The notes under the pieces: generated by a model
Told to the model about the DNA's origin: nothing
Database searches by the model: none
What the model saw: only the letters and a program-made list of their open reading frames with translations
Position numbers and translations under genes: made by a program
Shown: in pieces, positions 47,043 to 57,073 of the stretch
How the letters are laid out: every line of letters starts with the position of its first letter
Numbering within the stretch: position 1 is the first letter of the stretch
NCBI GenBank assembly: GCA_007695195.1
Contig: REEG01000157.1
Location: forward strand, 4,270-68,269
Direction: 5' to 3'
DNA from: Gemmatimonadales bacterium
GTDB lineage: Bacteria; Gemmatimonadota; Gemmatimonadetes; Longimicrobiales; Gaopeijiaceae
Length of the DNA: 64,000 nucleotides

Positions 47043-49108
47043 ACGGATCCACCAACGGGCGGTGCGGCGGTGCCGCGTCCTGTACGGGGCGGAGGCGGGT
47101 CCTGCTCACGTTCTGGATCCTCATGGGCATGGGCCTCCTCTGGCGCTCCGTGGACCTGCAGCTCCTGCAGGGAGCCGATTGGCGCGCCGAGGCGGAGCGC
47201 CAACACCGGATGACGGGTGAGATTCCGGCGGCCCGGGGAGCCATCCTCGATCGGACCGGGACACCTCTGGTCCTATCCATGGAGGCCTTCGCCGTGAGTG
47301 TGGCACCCCACGAGGTCCGCGACACTACGGCGGTCATCAAGCGCCTCTCCGATGCGCTGGGACTCTCCCCGGATCAGGCTGGTCGCCCCTTTCAGTCCGG
47401 TCGGCGCTGGGTCCCCCTCCCGGGGCGTCACCCTGTAGCCGTGCGGGAAGCGCTCTCGGGCATCACCGGTGTGTACGTCCAGCGGGATCTTCGCCGGGAA
47501 GCTCCCCACGGGCCGCTTCTGGGCGGAATCGTGGGTGCCGTCATTGATGGGGTGGGACAGGGCGGTGTGGAGCAGGCGTTCGATGAGCTCCTCCGTGGAG
47601 ATCCGGGAATGGAGATCCTGGCCCGGGATTCCAGGGGGCGCCCTCTTCCCGGCGAGAGCTGGATGGTACAGCCCCCGCTCCCCGGCGGCGAGGTGGTGCT
47701 GACCGTCGATTCGGACCTTCAGGAGATCGTGGTGGAGGCACTGCAGGAGGCGCTGGAGCGCACCGGAGCCCGGGGAGGGGACCTTGTTGTCACGGACCCG
47801 CACACCGGTGAGATCCTGGCCATGGTTTCCATGGCCGATGGGAGTACCCGTTCCCTCGCCGCCATCACCTCACCCTACGAACCGGGGTCTACCCTGAAGC
47901 CGTTCACCGTGGCCACCCTGCTCCAGAGTGGGAAGGCGACGCTGGTGGACTCGGTGGACACGGGCGACGGGAGATGGCGCGTGGCCGGGCGCACCCTCAC
48001 CGACGTCCAGCGCGTGGGCAACACCGACCTTGGCCACGCCCTGCGCGCGTCGTCGAACATCGCCCTGGCCAAGCTGGCGGAGCGCTTGACCCCGGCGGAG
48101 CAGTTCGAGGGTCTCAGGGACTTCGGCTTCGGGGCCCGGACCGGTGTGGAGTTGCCGGGAGAGGCTCGGGGAAGCCTCAGTCGTCCGCAGCGTTGGTCGA
48201 GGCAGACCCCCGCCTCCCTGGCCATCGGGTACGAGGTCTCCGCCACTTCCCTCCAGTTGGCCATGGCCTACGGGGCCCTGGCCAACGGGGGCGTCCTCAT
48301 GGAGCCACGCCTCATCCGGGAACTCCGGGGACCGGACGGCACGGTCCTGGAGCGACGGGAGCCCCGCGCCGTCCGGCGAGTCGTGTCCCAGGAGGTAGCC
48401 CGCGACGTCAGCATGACGCTGGCGGGCGCCGTGGCCGACGGAACCGGGACCCGTGCGGGCCTCGCCACCTTCTCGGTGGCGGGAAAGACCGGAACCAGTC
48501 GGGTCCACACGGGATCGGGCTACGCGGATGGCGATTACTTTGCCACCTTCGGCGGCTACTTTCCCGCCGAGGACCCGCAACTTGTGGTGTTTGTGAAGCT
48601 GGACCGCCCCCAGGGTGAGTTTTTCGGCGGGGCCACGGCGGCTCCCGTCACCCGGGCCACCATGGAGGCGGTGCTGGCTGCCCATGCGCCGCCCCTGAAT
48701 CGGAGCGCGTTGGCCACTCTGGCCCGGCATCAGGAGCGCAGCCGGAGCGTCGAGCGTCCTGCGCCTCCTTCCCCGGGCCCGGAGCCGGTGGGTGTGGACG
48801 GAGCCCCGGTCCCCCGGTTCGCGTCCCTGCCCTTGGAGGACCCCGCTCCCGCCCCGGCCTCCTCCTCCTGGGTTCCCGAAGAGCCGCCCACCGCCGCGGG
48901 ACTGGTTCGGATTCCCGTCCTTGAGGGCGTTTCGTCCCGGGTGGCGGCTCGCCGCCTCCATGGGCTGGGCCTCCACGTCCGCTGGGAGACCTCGGGACCC
49001 GTGACCGGAGTGGAGCCGGAGGCCGGGAGTATGGTGGCGGTGGGAGATACGGTGCGCCTCCTGGGGACTACCGACGCACCGCCCCTGGCCCGGAGCGCTC
49101 GACCATGA
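47039..49108 (+). CDS. ftsI: class B penicillin-binding protein (FtsI/PBP3) with C-terminal PASTA domain
   Basis: SxxK STLKPF, SxN SSNIA, KTG GKTGTS. C-terminal VRIPVLEGVSSRVAARRLHGLGLHVRWETSGPVTGVEPEAGSMVAVGDTVRLLG (nt 48905-49066) fits the PASTA pattern. Confidence 0.9.
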   Translation: MNGSTNGRCGGAASCTGRRRVLLTFWILMGMGLLWRSVDLQLLQGADWRAEAERQHRMTGEIPAARGAILDRTGTPLVLSMEAFAVSVAPHEVRDTTAVIKRLSDALGLSPDQAGRPFQSGRRWVPLPGRHPVAVREALSGITGVYVQRDLRREAPHGPLLGGIVGAVIDGVGQGGVEQAFDELLRGDPGMEILARDSRGRPLPGESWMVQPPLPGGEVVLTVDSDLQEIVVEALQEALERTGARGGDLVVTDPHTGEILAMVSMADGSTRSLAAITSPYEPGSTLKPFTVATLLQSGKATLVDSVDTGDGRWRVAGRTLTDVQRVGNTDLGHALRASSNIALAKLAERLTPAEQFEGLRDFGFGARTGVELPGEARGSLSRPQRWSRQTPASLAIGYEVSATSLQLAMAYGALANGGVLMEPRLIRELRGPDGTVLERREPRAVRRVVSQEVARDVSMTLAGAVADGTGTRAGLATFSVAGKTGTSRVHTGSGYADGDYFATFGGYFPAEDPQLVVFVKLDRPQGEFFGGATAAPVTRATMEAVLAAHAPPLNRSALATLARHQERSRSVERPAPPSPGPEPVGVDGAPVPRFASLPLEDPAPAPASSSWVPEEPPTAAGLVRIPVLEGVSSRVAARRLHGLGLHVRWETSGPVTGVEPEAGSMVAVGDTVRLLGTTDAPPLARSARP

Positions 49109-50622
49109 GAGGCCGGGCGCTCTCCGTGTCCCGCCTTCTGGCCGTGCTCCGGGACGAGGACCTCCTGGTGGAGTCCCGCGCGCCCGAAGATCTGAGCCTG
49201 CAAGGGGTAAGTCAGGACTCTCGGGATCTGGAGCCCGGAGACCTCTTCCTGGCGTGGCGTGGCACCTCCCTGGACGCCCACGAATTCCTTCCTGTCGTCC
49301 GGGAGAAGGGCGCAGCCGCGGCGTTGGTGGAAGACTTCCATGACGTGGAGGGCCTTCCCCAGATCCGGGTCCGGGACGGTCGTCGGGCTGCCGCGGTGGC
49401 CGCCCACGAGATGATGGGCCGCCCGGGGGACGACCTTCGTGTCCTGGCCATCACCGGGACCAACGGGAAGACCACCACGGTGGGGATCCTCCACCACCTG
49501 CTCCGGGAGGCTTCGTCCACCGCTGCCCTGGGAACCCTGGGCCTCACCGGCCCGGATGGGGTGATTCGACGTCTTCCGTCGGGGCTCACGACTCCGGGGC
49601 CGGTTTCCCTGGCCCGGATCCTGGCCGACCTCCGGGACGAAGGGGTGCGCACCGTGGCCATGGAGGCGTCGTCCCACGCCCTCGAGCAGCGTCGGCTGGA
49701 CGGGATCCGGGTGGACGTGGCCTGCTTCACCAATCTCACCCGGGATCATCTGGACTATCACCCCACCATGGAGGCGTACCGAGAGGCGAAGGCGCACCTC
49801 CTCACCCTTCTCCGCTCGGAAGAGAGCGGGGTAGTGGTGAACGTGGACGATCCGAACTGGGCCGCTCTCCCGGAGATCGGCGGCCGCCTCCTGCCCGTCA
49901 CCACCGGGGAAGGGGATGGCCGGCTTCCACCTGCAGGGAATGTCCTTCCCACCCTTCGTGCTCGGGACGTGGAAGTGGGCCCGCAGGGGGCCACCTTCCA
50001 GTTGGTGTGGTCGGAACGAAGCGTTCCCGTGCAATTGCCCCTTCTCGGGGCGTTCAATGTGGAGAACGCCCTCATGGCGGCCGGTGCCGCTCTGGCGTCC
50101 GGGCTCGATCTCGACGATGTCGCCACGCGCCTCTCCCGGGTCCCGCAGCCCCTGGGCCGGCTTGAGCTGGTGGCCCGGGCTCCGGTGCCCGTCCTGCTGG
50201 ACTACGCCCACACCCCTGACGCCCTGGCGCGCCTCCTGGACACCGTCCGTCCCCTCTGTTCCGGGCGGGTTCTGCTGGTCTTCGGTGCCGGTGGGGACCG
50301 GGATCGAGCGAAGCGGCCCGAGATGGGCCGGGTGGCGGCACAAGGCGCTCACCTCCCCATCGTCACCTCCGACAATCCACGAACCGAGGATCCCGATGCC
50401 ATCATCGACGAGATCCTCGGCGGGATGGAAGGATCGGAGCCGCACCGGATCACCGATCGCCGGGAGGCCATCGCCTACGCCCTGGCGGAGGCGAATCCCG
50501 GGGACATGGTGGTTCTGGCGGGCAAGGGGCACGAGACCTACCAAGTGGTCGGTCGGGAGTCCCGTCCCTTCGATGAGCGGGTCATCGTACGGGAACTCCT
50601 CGAGCTGGGGGGAAGGGCATGA
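49105..50622 (+). CDS. murE: UDP-MurNAc-L-Ala-D-Glu--2,6-diaminopimelate ligase
   Basis: ITGTNGKTTT. The DNPR motif (VTSDNPRTEDP) is characteristic of meso-DAP-adding MurE. Confidence 0.92.
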   Translation: MRGRALSVSRLLAVLRDEDLLVESRAPEDLSLQGVSQDSRDLEPGDLFLAWRGTSLDAHEFLPVVREKGAAAALVEDFHDVEGLPQIRVRDGRRAAAVAAHEMMGRPGDDLRVLAITGTNGKTTTVGILHHLLREASSTAALGTLGLTGPDGVIRRLPSGLTTPGPVSLARILADLRDEGVRTVAMEASSHALEQRRLDGIRVDVACFTNLTRDHLDYHPTMEAYREAKAHLLTLLRSEESGVVVNVDDPNWAALPEIGGRLLPVTTGEGDGRLPPAGNVLPTLRARDVEVGPQGATFQLVWSERSVPVQLPLLGAFNVENALMAAGAALASGLDLDDVATRLSRVPQPLGRLELVARAPVPVLLDYAHTPDALARLLDTVRPLCSGRVLLVFGAGGDRDRAKRPEMGRVAAQGAHLPIVTSDNPRTEDPDAIIDEILGGMEGSEPHRITDRREAIAYALAEANPGDMVVLAGKGHETYQVVGRESRPFDERVIVRELLELGGRA

Positions 50623-52103
50623 CGGCCACCTCCCCCTTCATCTGGACGGATGCCACCGTCCGGCGTGCCCTGGGTCTCGACCTCGAAGGCGGAGAGCCCA
50701 CGACGGCGGGCGCCGGCGCCCGCCACTACACCGGCGTGTCCACCGACACCCGCCGATCGGCACCCGGCAACCTCTTCGTGGCCCTCCGCGGGCCGCGCTT
50801 CGATGGGCACCGGTTCATGGCCCAGGCAGCCGCGTCGGGTGCGACAGGCGCCGTGGTGGACGGTGGGACGCCGGACCTGGATACCGAGTCGCTCCCTGCC
50901 GGATTCACCCTCTACCGGGTCCCCGACACCCTGGTTGCGCTGGGCCAACTGGGCCGTTTCCGCCGCCGGGCCTTCCCTGGACCCGTGGTGGGGCTCACGG
51001 GCTCGTCCGGGAAGACCACGGTGAAGGAAATGCTCCGGGCGGCGCTCTCGGCCCGCTTCCGTGTCCATGCCACACCTGCCAATGAGAACAACCGGGTGGG
51101 CGTCCCGCTCACCCTCCTCGCCGTCCCCGGAGACGCCGAGGTGATGGTGGTGGAGATGGGCACCAACGAGCCCGGCGAGATTGCCCTCCTCACCCGCATC
51201 ACCGAGCCCGACGTGGGCATCGTCATCACCGTCTCCGAGAGTCATCTGGAAGGGTTGGGAAGCCTGGAAGGTGTCCTGGCGGAGAAGCTTTCCCTGGTGG
51301 ACGGACTTGCCCCCGAAGCGCGTTCCTTTGTGGGAGACTCCCCACCGGAGTTGCCTCGTGCCGCCCGTCGGATCCGGGAAGATGTGGACGTAGTGGGATT
51401 CACCGCCGATGCGGATTCCCATTGTCGGGCCCGAGGCGCGGGGATGGACGCCGAGGGGCGGATGACCTTCCACTTCGGGGACCTGGCCGTCCGCCCGGCC
51501 TACCCGGGTCGGCACGGCGCCACCAATGCCCTCATGGCGCTGGCGGTGGCGCGGGAACTGGGTGTGCCGGTCCAGGAGGCCGCCGCCGAGGTCGAGGGGG
51601 TCAGGCCCGGCGGGCTTCGGGGAGAGGTGCTCCGGGTCGGAACCATGGAGCTCATCCTGGACTGCTACAACGCCAATCCCCAGTCCGTCCGGGCGGCCCT
51701 GGATACCCTGGGGGCGAGGCGCCGCCCGGGCCGGAAGATTGCTGTACTGGGAAGCATGTTGGAGCTGGGAGGAGCGAGCGCCGCCCTTCATCGCGAGGTG
51801 CTGACCTACGCCCTGGGCGCCGGCGTGGACCGGGTGGTGGCGGTGGGGGCCTTCGCCGAGGCGGCCCGGGAGCTGGCCGGCTCCGGCCGGGATGTGTCGG
51901 GTCTCCTGGTTGTTCCGGATCCCGCACAGGTGCCGGTCCGCCTCTTCCCACTCCTGGACGGCAACGAACTGGTGCTCCTCAAGGGGTCCCGGGGCGTACG
52001 GATGGAATCGCTGGTTCCTCACTTCGAGGAGGCCTTCGGGACCCATGTCCCCGAAGCTGGAGGCCCGACGAATGGGGCTTCGGGCACGGGAGGCGTAGCC
52101 TGA
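50619..52103 (+). CDS. murF: UDP-MurNAc-tripeptide--D-Ala-D-Ala ligase
   Basis: LTGSSGKTT; Mur ligase middle and C-terminal domains; dcw position. Confidence 0.9.
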   Translation: MTATSPFIWTDATVRRALGLDLEGGEPTTAGAGARHYTGVSTDTRRSAPGNLFVALRGPRFDGHRFMAQAAASGATGAVVDGGTPDLDTESLPAGFTLYRVPDTLVALGQLGRFRRRAFPGPVVGLTGSSGKTTVKEMLRAALSARFRVHATPANENNRVGVPLTLLAVPGDAEVMVVEMGTNEPGEIALLTRITEPDVGIVITVSESHLEGLGSLEGVLAEKLSLVDGLAPEARSFVGDSPPELPRAARRIREDVDVVGFTADADSHCRARGAGMDAEGRMTFHFGDLAVRPAYPGRHGATNALMALAVARELGVPVQEAAAEVEGVRPGGLRGEVLRVGTMELILDCYNANPQSVRAALDTLGARRRPGRKIAVLGSMLELGGASAALHREVLTYALGAGVDRVVAVGAFAEAARELAGSGRDVSGLLVVPDPAQVPVRLFPLLDGNELVLLKGSRGVRMESLVPHFEEAFGTHVPEAGGPTNGASGTGGVA

Positions 52104-53209
52104 TGCTCTACCACCTCCTCCCCCAGTTCGCAGACGTCCACATCGTCTTCAACCTGTTCAACTATCTCACCTTCCGGTCGGCGGGGGCCGTCATCACGGC
52201 GCTCCTCATCGCCCTGGTGGCTGGACCGGCCACCATCCGCTGGCTCCGCCATCTGCGGGTGGGCCAGGTGATCCGCACCGAGGGGCCCCAGAGCCACCTG
52301 AAGAAGGCGGGGACGCCCACCATGGGGGGGACGCTCATCCTCCTGGCGGCCACCATCTCCACTCTCCTCTGGGCCGAGATCACCAACTGGTACGTCATGC
52401 TCTCCCTCCTGGCTCTCCTCTGGATGGGGGCCATCGGATTCATGGACGACTACCTGAAGGTGGTGCAGGGGCGGCCCCGAGGGCTCGTGGCCCGGTACAA
52501 GATGGTGGGACAGCTCTCGTTCGGACTGCTGCTGGGGATCTTCCTGGTCCTTCAGCCCATCCACCCGGTGCCCCCCACCTGGACCATGGTGCCCTTCTTC
52601 GACCAGTGGGTGGCGGTGTTCTGGGTGCCGGCCTACGTGGTCTTCGTTTCGCTGGTGGTGTCGGGGTCGTCCAACGCCGTGAACCTCACCGACGGCCTGG
52701 ACGGCCTGGCGGCAGGGCTCGGCGCCATCGCCCTGGTGACCTTCGGCGTCTTCGCCTACCTCATCGGTCGCGTGGACACCTCGGCCTACCTGGGGCTCTT
52801 CTACCTCCCCGGAGCCGGGGAGCTGGCCGTCTTCGCCGCAGCGCTGGCGGGAGGAGCCGTGGGGTTCCTCTGGTACAACGCCCCCCCGGCCGAGGTCTTC
52901 ATGGGCGACACCGGATCCCTGGCCCTGGGAGGCGCGCTGGCCGTCATGGCCATCCTCCTGAAGGCCGAGTTCCTCCTCCTCATCGTGGGGGGCGTGTTCG
53001 TCCTGGAAGCCCTCTCGGTGATGCTGCAGGTGGGGTGGTTCAAGTACACGAGCCGACGCTTCGGGGCCGGCCGCCGGATCTTCCTCATGGCCCCCATCCA
53101 CCACCACTTCGAGAAGCTCGGTTGGGCCGAGACGAAGGTGGTGGTGCGTTTCTGGATCCTCGGGATCCTCTTCGCCATGCTCGCCTTCAGCACCCTGAAG
53201 ATCCGATGA
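52103..53209 (+). CDS. mraY: phospho-N-acetylmuramoyl-pentapeptide transferase
   Basis: NAVNLTDGLDGLA, GDTGSLALGG, APIHHHFE. Trimmed from 51422 to ATG 52103 (TGATG junction). Confidence 0.95.
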   Translation: MLYHLLPQFADVHIVFNLFNYLTFRSAGAVITALLIALVAGPATIRWLRHLRVGQVIRTEGPQSHLKKAGTPTMGGTLILLAATISTLLWAEITNWYVMLSLLALLWMGAIGFMDDYLKVVQGRPRGLVARYKMVGQLSFGLLLGIFLVLQPIHPVPPTWTMVPFFDQWVAVFWVPAYVVFVSLVVSGSSNAVNLTDGLDGLAAGLGAIALVTFGVFAYLIGRVDTSAYLGLFYLPGAGELAVFAAALAGGAVGFLWYNAPPAEVFMGDTGSLALGGALAVMAILLKAEFLLLIVGGVFVLEALSVMLQVGWFKYTSRRFGAGRRIFLMAPIHHHFEKLGWAETKVVVRFWILGILFAMLAFSTLKIR

Positions 53210-54636
53210 GCACCGGCGTGGCGATTCTGGGACTGGGCGCCAGCGGAGATGCCGCCGCGCGCCTCGCACTCAAGCAAGGAGAGATGGTCTATGTCTCGGA
53301 TCTCAAGACCGACCCCGATACGGTGGGACGCGCCGGGGAACTCCGCGCCCTGGGGGCCGGAGTCGACCTGGGAACCCACGACGTGGCGCGAATCGCATCG
53401 GCGGATGTGGTTGTGGTTTCACCGGGAATCCCCCCGCATGCGCCGGTCCTTCGCCAACTCGACACCCTCGGCGTCGACCCCGTCTCGGAGCCGGAGTTCG
53501 CTGCCCGGTACTACGCGGGTCCACTGATCGCCGTCACCGGCACCAATGGGAAGACCACCACAGCCGCCCTCATCTCGCACCTCCTTGAGGCGGCGGGGAT
53601 CCCGGCGGCGCTGGGTGGAAATGTAGGGACCGAGTTGGCTCCGGCGGCGTCGCGGCTGGCTCTTCTGGATCCTCCGCCCCAGTGGTACGTGCTGGAACTC
53701 AGCTCCTTCCAACTGGCCGGGATCCGTGACCTGACCCCGGCCATCGGGGTGGTGACGAGCCTGGCGCCGGACCACCTGGACCGGTATCGCACCCTGGAAG
53801 ACTACTACGGCGACAAGGCCCGCCTCTTCCGGAACGCCTCGCCCGAAAGCTTCTGGGTCCTGAACGCCGAGGTGGACGCGGTCCGACGATTGCCCGGTGA
53901 CGCGCCCGGCATCCGGTGCTGGTTCGCCCTCCACGAGGACCGCATTCCGGAGGAAGGGAAGGGTGCGCCAGCCGCCTTTGTCCGTGACGGCCTCCTGGTC
54001 CTGCGAGGAGTTCCGTCGACGCCGGGGGCCGCCCCCCCTCGCCAGGAGTCCGTGATCCGGGAAGACCAACTCCCCATCCTGGGCCGGCACAACACCCTGA
54101 ATGCGCTGGCGGCGGCACTCACGGCCCGCCTGGCAGGGGCGTCCCTGGAGGGGATTCGGCGGGGGCTGGAGAGCTTCCGCCCCCTCCCCCACCGGATGGA
54201 GCCGGTGGCCGATGCGGGCGGCGTACTCTGGGTGAACGATTCCAAGGCCACCAATGTGGAGGCGACCCGTGGCGCCCTTGAGAGTCTCCGGCGCACCCTG
54301 GTGGTGATCCTGGGAGGGAAGGACAAGGGGGAGGGCTACGGTTCCCTGGCCCCGGCGCTGGAGGCTCGGAGCCGCGCCGTGATCCTCTACGGCGCCGCGG
54401 CCCCGCGCATGGCCCGGGAACTGGTGGAGGCCGGACTGGATCCGGCCCGCATCGTCTCGGCGGGTGGAGGGTTCGACGAAGCGGTGGTGTCGGCTCGGGA
54501 CCACGCCCGGCCGGGTGACCTGGTGCTCCTGTCTCCCGCATGTTCCTCCTTCGATGCCTTCCCCGACTACCGGGCTCGGGGTGAGCGGTTCACCCACCTG
54601 GCACGCCGGGGTGGGTCCCAGGGAGGGCCATCGTGA
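53206..54636 (+). CDS. murD: UDP-MurNAc-L-Ala--D-Glu ligase
   Basis: VTGTNGKTTT; N-terminal Rossmann ILGLGASGDAAA. ATGA overlap with mraY. Confidence 0.9.
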   Translation: MSTGVAILGLGASGDAAARLALKQGEMVYVSDLKTDPDTVGRAGELRALGAGVDLGTHDVARIASADVVVVSPGIPPHAPVLRQLDTLGVDPVSEPEFAARYYAGPLIAVTGTNGKTTTAALISHLLEAAGIPAALGGNVGTELAPAASRLALLDPPPQWYVLELSSFQLAGIRDLTPAIGVVTSLAPDHLDRYRTLEDYYGDKARLFRNASPESFWVLNAEVDAVRRLPGDAPGIRCWFALHEDRIPEEGKGAPAAFVRDGLLVLRGVPSTPGAAPPRQESVIREDQLPILGRHNTLNALAAALTARLAGASLEGIRRGLESFRPLPHRMEPVADAGGVLWVNDSKATNVEATRGALESLRRTLVVILGGKDKGEGYGSLAPALEARSRAVILYGAAAPRMARELVEAGLDPARIVSAGGGFDEAVVSARDHARPGDLVLLSPACSSFDAFPDYRARGERFTHLARRGGSQGGPS

Positions 54637-55817
54637 GCATCGCCCATACGGATGTCTCGCCACCGAGGACCCCTGAATTCGCCGAGACGGGGCTCACAGG
54701 AGGATGGGAGCCTACCGTCCTCCTCGGGGCCACCCTGGCGCTGGTGGCGTTCGGATTGGTGAACCTCCATTCCGCCTCCGCCTTCCTGGCCGAGCGACAG
54801 GGGCTCCCGGATACCTTCTATGTGTTCCGGCAGGCGGTGGGCGTCGGGGTGGGATTGATGGTCCTGGGGGTGACGGCACGGATGCCCTACGGGTGGTGGG
54901 GAGCGCTGGCCTGGCCTCTGGTGGCCGCCATCTGGGCCGCCCTGGTCTTCATGGCCCTTCCCTGGACCCACGCGTGGGCGCCGGAGATCAACGGTGCCCG
55001 GCGGTGGTTGAATGTGGGGGTGACGCTTCAACCCTCCGAGTTCGCCAAGCTGGCCGTCATCGTATGGACGGCGCACCTGGCGGTGAAGAAGCAGGGGGCC
55101 TTTCGGAGCCTCTCCCGGGGGCTTCTCCCCTTCCTCCTGATCTGGGGCGCGCTCCTCCTGCCCATCCTCCTGCAGCCCGATCTCTCCACCGCCTTCGTGG
55201 TGGGAATGCTCGGCGCCCTCACCGTCTTCGTGGCCGGGGCCCGGATCGGTCACTTCGCCTTTCTGGCGGTGGTGCTCTCGCCGCTCATGCTGGCTCAGCT
55301 CGGCTCCGGATTCCGGCAGGATCGCCTCATGGCCTTCCAGGACCTCTCAGCCCATACGGGAGCCGCCGGCTATCAGGTCCACCAGTCCCTTATCGCCCTG
55401 GGGTCGGGAGGGCTGGCCGGTGTCGGGTTCGGCGAGGGGCGGCAGAAGTTCGGCTTCCTTCCCGAACCCCACAACGACTTCATCTTCTCCATGATCGGCG
55501 AGGAGTGGGGCCTCATGGGGGTGGCGTCGCTTCTGGTGCTCTACTTTGTCATGGTGGTGGTGGGGTTCCGCATCGCCCGTCGGGCTCCCGATCTCTTCGG
55601 TCAGCTCCTGGCCATTGGCGCCTCCAATCTCATCGCCCTCCATGCCGTTCTCCACATGGGGGTGGGACTCGGGGTGTTGCCGCCCACCGGGCTCTCCCTG
55701 CCCCTGGTCTCCTATGGGCGGTCCAACCTGCTGGTGGTGATGGCGGCCGTGGGAATCCTCATGGCTGTAGCGCGGGCCACCGCGGCAACGCCGCCGCCCC
55801 GGGAGGCTACCCGATGA
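54633..55817 (+). CDS. ftsW: SEDS peptidoglycan glycosyltransferase FtsW
   Basis: Polytopic. Motifs PSEFAKLAV and GFLPEPHNDFIFSMIGEEWG. GTGA overlap with murD. Confidence 0.9.
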   Translation: MSIAHTDVSPPRTPEFAETGLTGGWEPTVLLGATLALVAFGLVNLHSASAFLAERQGLPDTFYVFRQAVGVGVGLMVLGVTARMPYGWWGALAWPLVAAIWAALVFMALPWTHAWAPEINGARRWLNVGVTLQPSEFAKLAVIVWTAHLAVKKQGAFRSLSRGLLPFLLIWGALLLPILLQPDLSTAFVVGMLGALTVFVAGARIGHFAFLAVVLSPLMLAQLGSGFRQDRLMAFQDLSAHTGAAGYQVHQSLIALGSGGLAGVGFGEGRQKFGFLPEPHNDFIFSMIGEEWGLMGVASLLVLYFVMVVVGFRIARRAPDLFGQLLAIGASNLIALHAVLHMGVGLGVLPPTGLSLPLVSYGRSNLLVVMAAVGILMAVARATAATPPPREATR

Positions 55818-57073
55818 CCCCGGTCAAGACGGTTCGCCGCGCAGGCGCTGGACCTGGCCCGACGCCGGCTCCGGCGGTGGTGGTGTTCTCCGGTGGGGGA
55901 ACGGGCGGCCATCTGTACCCGGCGCTGGCCCTGGCCGACGCCATGGAGAAGGTGGTGCCCGGCCTCCGTACCTTCTTCGTGGGGGCGCGCCGGGGCCTTG
56001 AGGCGCGGATTCTCCCCCGCCGGGGCCGCGAGCACCTCCTTCTGCCGGTGGAAGGATTCAAGCGCGACCGCCTTCTGGCCAACATACGGGTCGTGGCGAA
56101 TCTGGCGATCTCGTTCCTGGCGGTCCTCCGTGCCTTCCTGTCGCGCCGTCCGGGCCTTGTGGTGGTCACCGGCGGCTATGCCGGGGGACCGGCCGGTCTC
56201 GCGGCGGCCCTCCTCCGGATTCCCCTGGCGCTGCAGGAGCAGAACGCCGTCCCCGGCGTGACCACCCGGTGGCTGGCCCGCGTCGCCCGGGAGATCCACG
56301 TGGCCTTCCCCGAGGCCTCCCACCACCTCCCCGCCGGGGCACGGGACCGGGTGCGGGTCTCCGGGAACCCCATCGAGCCGCCGGCCCCGGTGGATCGCCG
56401 GGAGGCCATCCCCCACTTCGGCCTCGATCCCTCCCTCCCGGTGGTGCTGGTAGTGGGTGGGAGTCAGGGGTCCCTGGCCCTGAACCGGGGTCTGTTGGCG
56501 GCTGTGGGAGCGGCGCAGTCCCAAGCTCCAGAGGCGCCGGGATTCCAGATCCTCTGGTCCACCGGGCCGACGCACCTGGAAGAGGTTCAGGCGCGGCTGA
56601 CCGAGGTCGGCAGCCCGGACTGGGTGCGCCCGGTGGCCTACATCGATGAGATGCCCCGTGCGCTGGGGATCGCGTCGCTGGCGGTGAGCCGGGCGGGGGC
56701 CATGGCCACCTCGGAGTTCCTGGCCTGGGGGATCCCGTCGATCCTCGTGCCCCTGCCCACTGCGGCGGCGGATCATCAGCGCAAGAACGCGGCGGCGCTG
56801 GAAGAGGCCGGCGCCGCCGTCCTGGTGCCTGAAGACGAGCTGGACGGCCCGGACCTCCTCCGGCGCCTGTTGGCGCTCATGACGGACCCCGAGCGCCTGG
56901 ACGGCATGGCCCGGTGCGCCCGGGACCGGGGCCGCCCCCATGCCGCCCGGGACATTGCCCATGCCCTGGCCCGCCTCCTCCCCCCGGCCTCGCCCAGGAC
57001 GGGCGAGGCAACACCCCGGGCGCGGGATCCACACCGGACGGGCGATCCGCCTGCCACACCGGAGGCGTCATGA
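55814..57073 (+). CDS. murG: undecaprenyl-PP-MurNAc-pentapeptide GlcNAc transferase
   Basis: GGGTGGHLYPALALA and C-terminal RAGAMATSEFLAWGIPSILVP. Confidence 0.9.
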   Translation: MTPVKTVRRAGAGPGPTPAPAVVVFSGGGTGGHLYPALALADAMEKVVPGLRTFFVGARRGLEARILPRRGREHLLLPVEGFKRDRLLANIRVVANLAISFLAVLRAFLSRRPGLVVVTGGYAGGPAGLAAALLRIPLALQEQNAVPGVTTRWLARVAREIHVAFPEASHHLPAGARDRVRVSGNPIEPPAPVDRREAIPHFGLDPSLPVVLVVGGSQGSLALNRGLLAAVGAAQSQAPEAPGFQILWSTGPTHLEEVQARLTEVGSPDWVRPVAYIDEMPRALGIASLAVSRAGAMATSEFLAWGIPSILVPLPTAAADHQRKNAAALEEAGAAVLVPEDELDGPDLLRRLLALMTDPERLDGMARCARDRGRPHAARDIAHALARLLPPASPRTGEATPRARDPHRTGDPPATPEAS

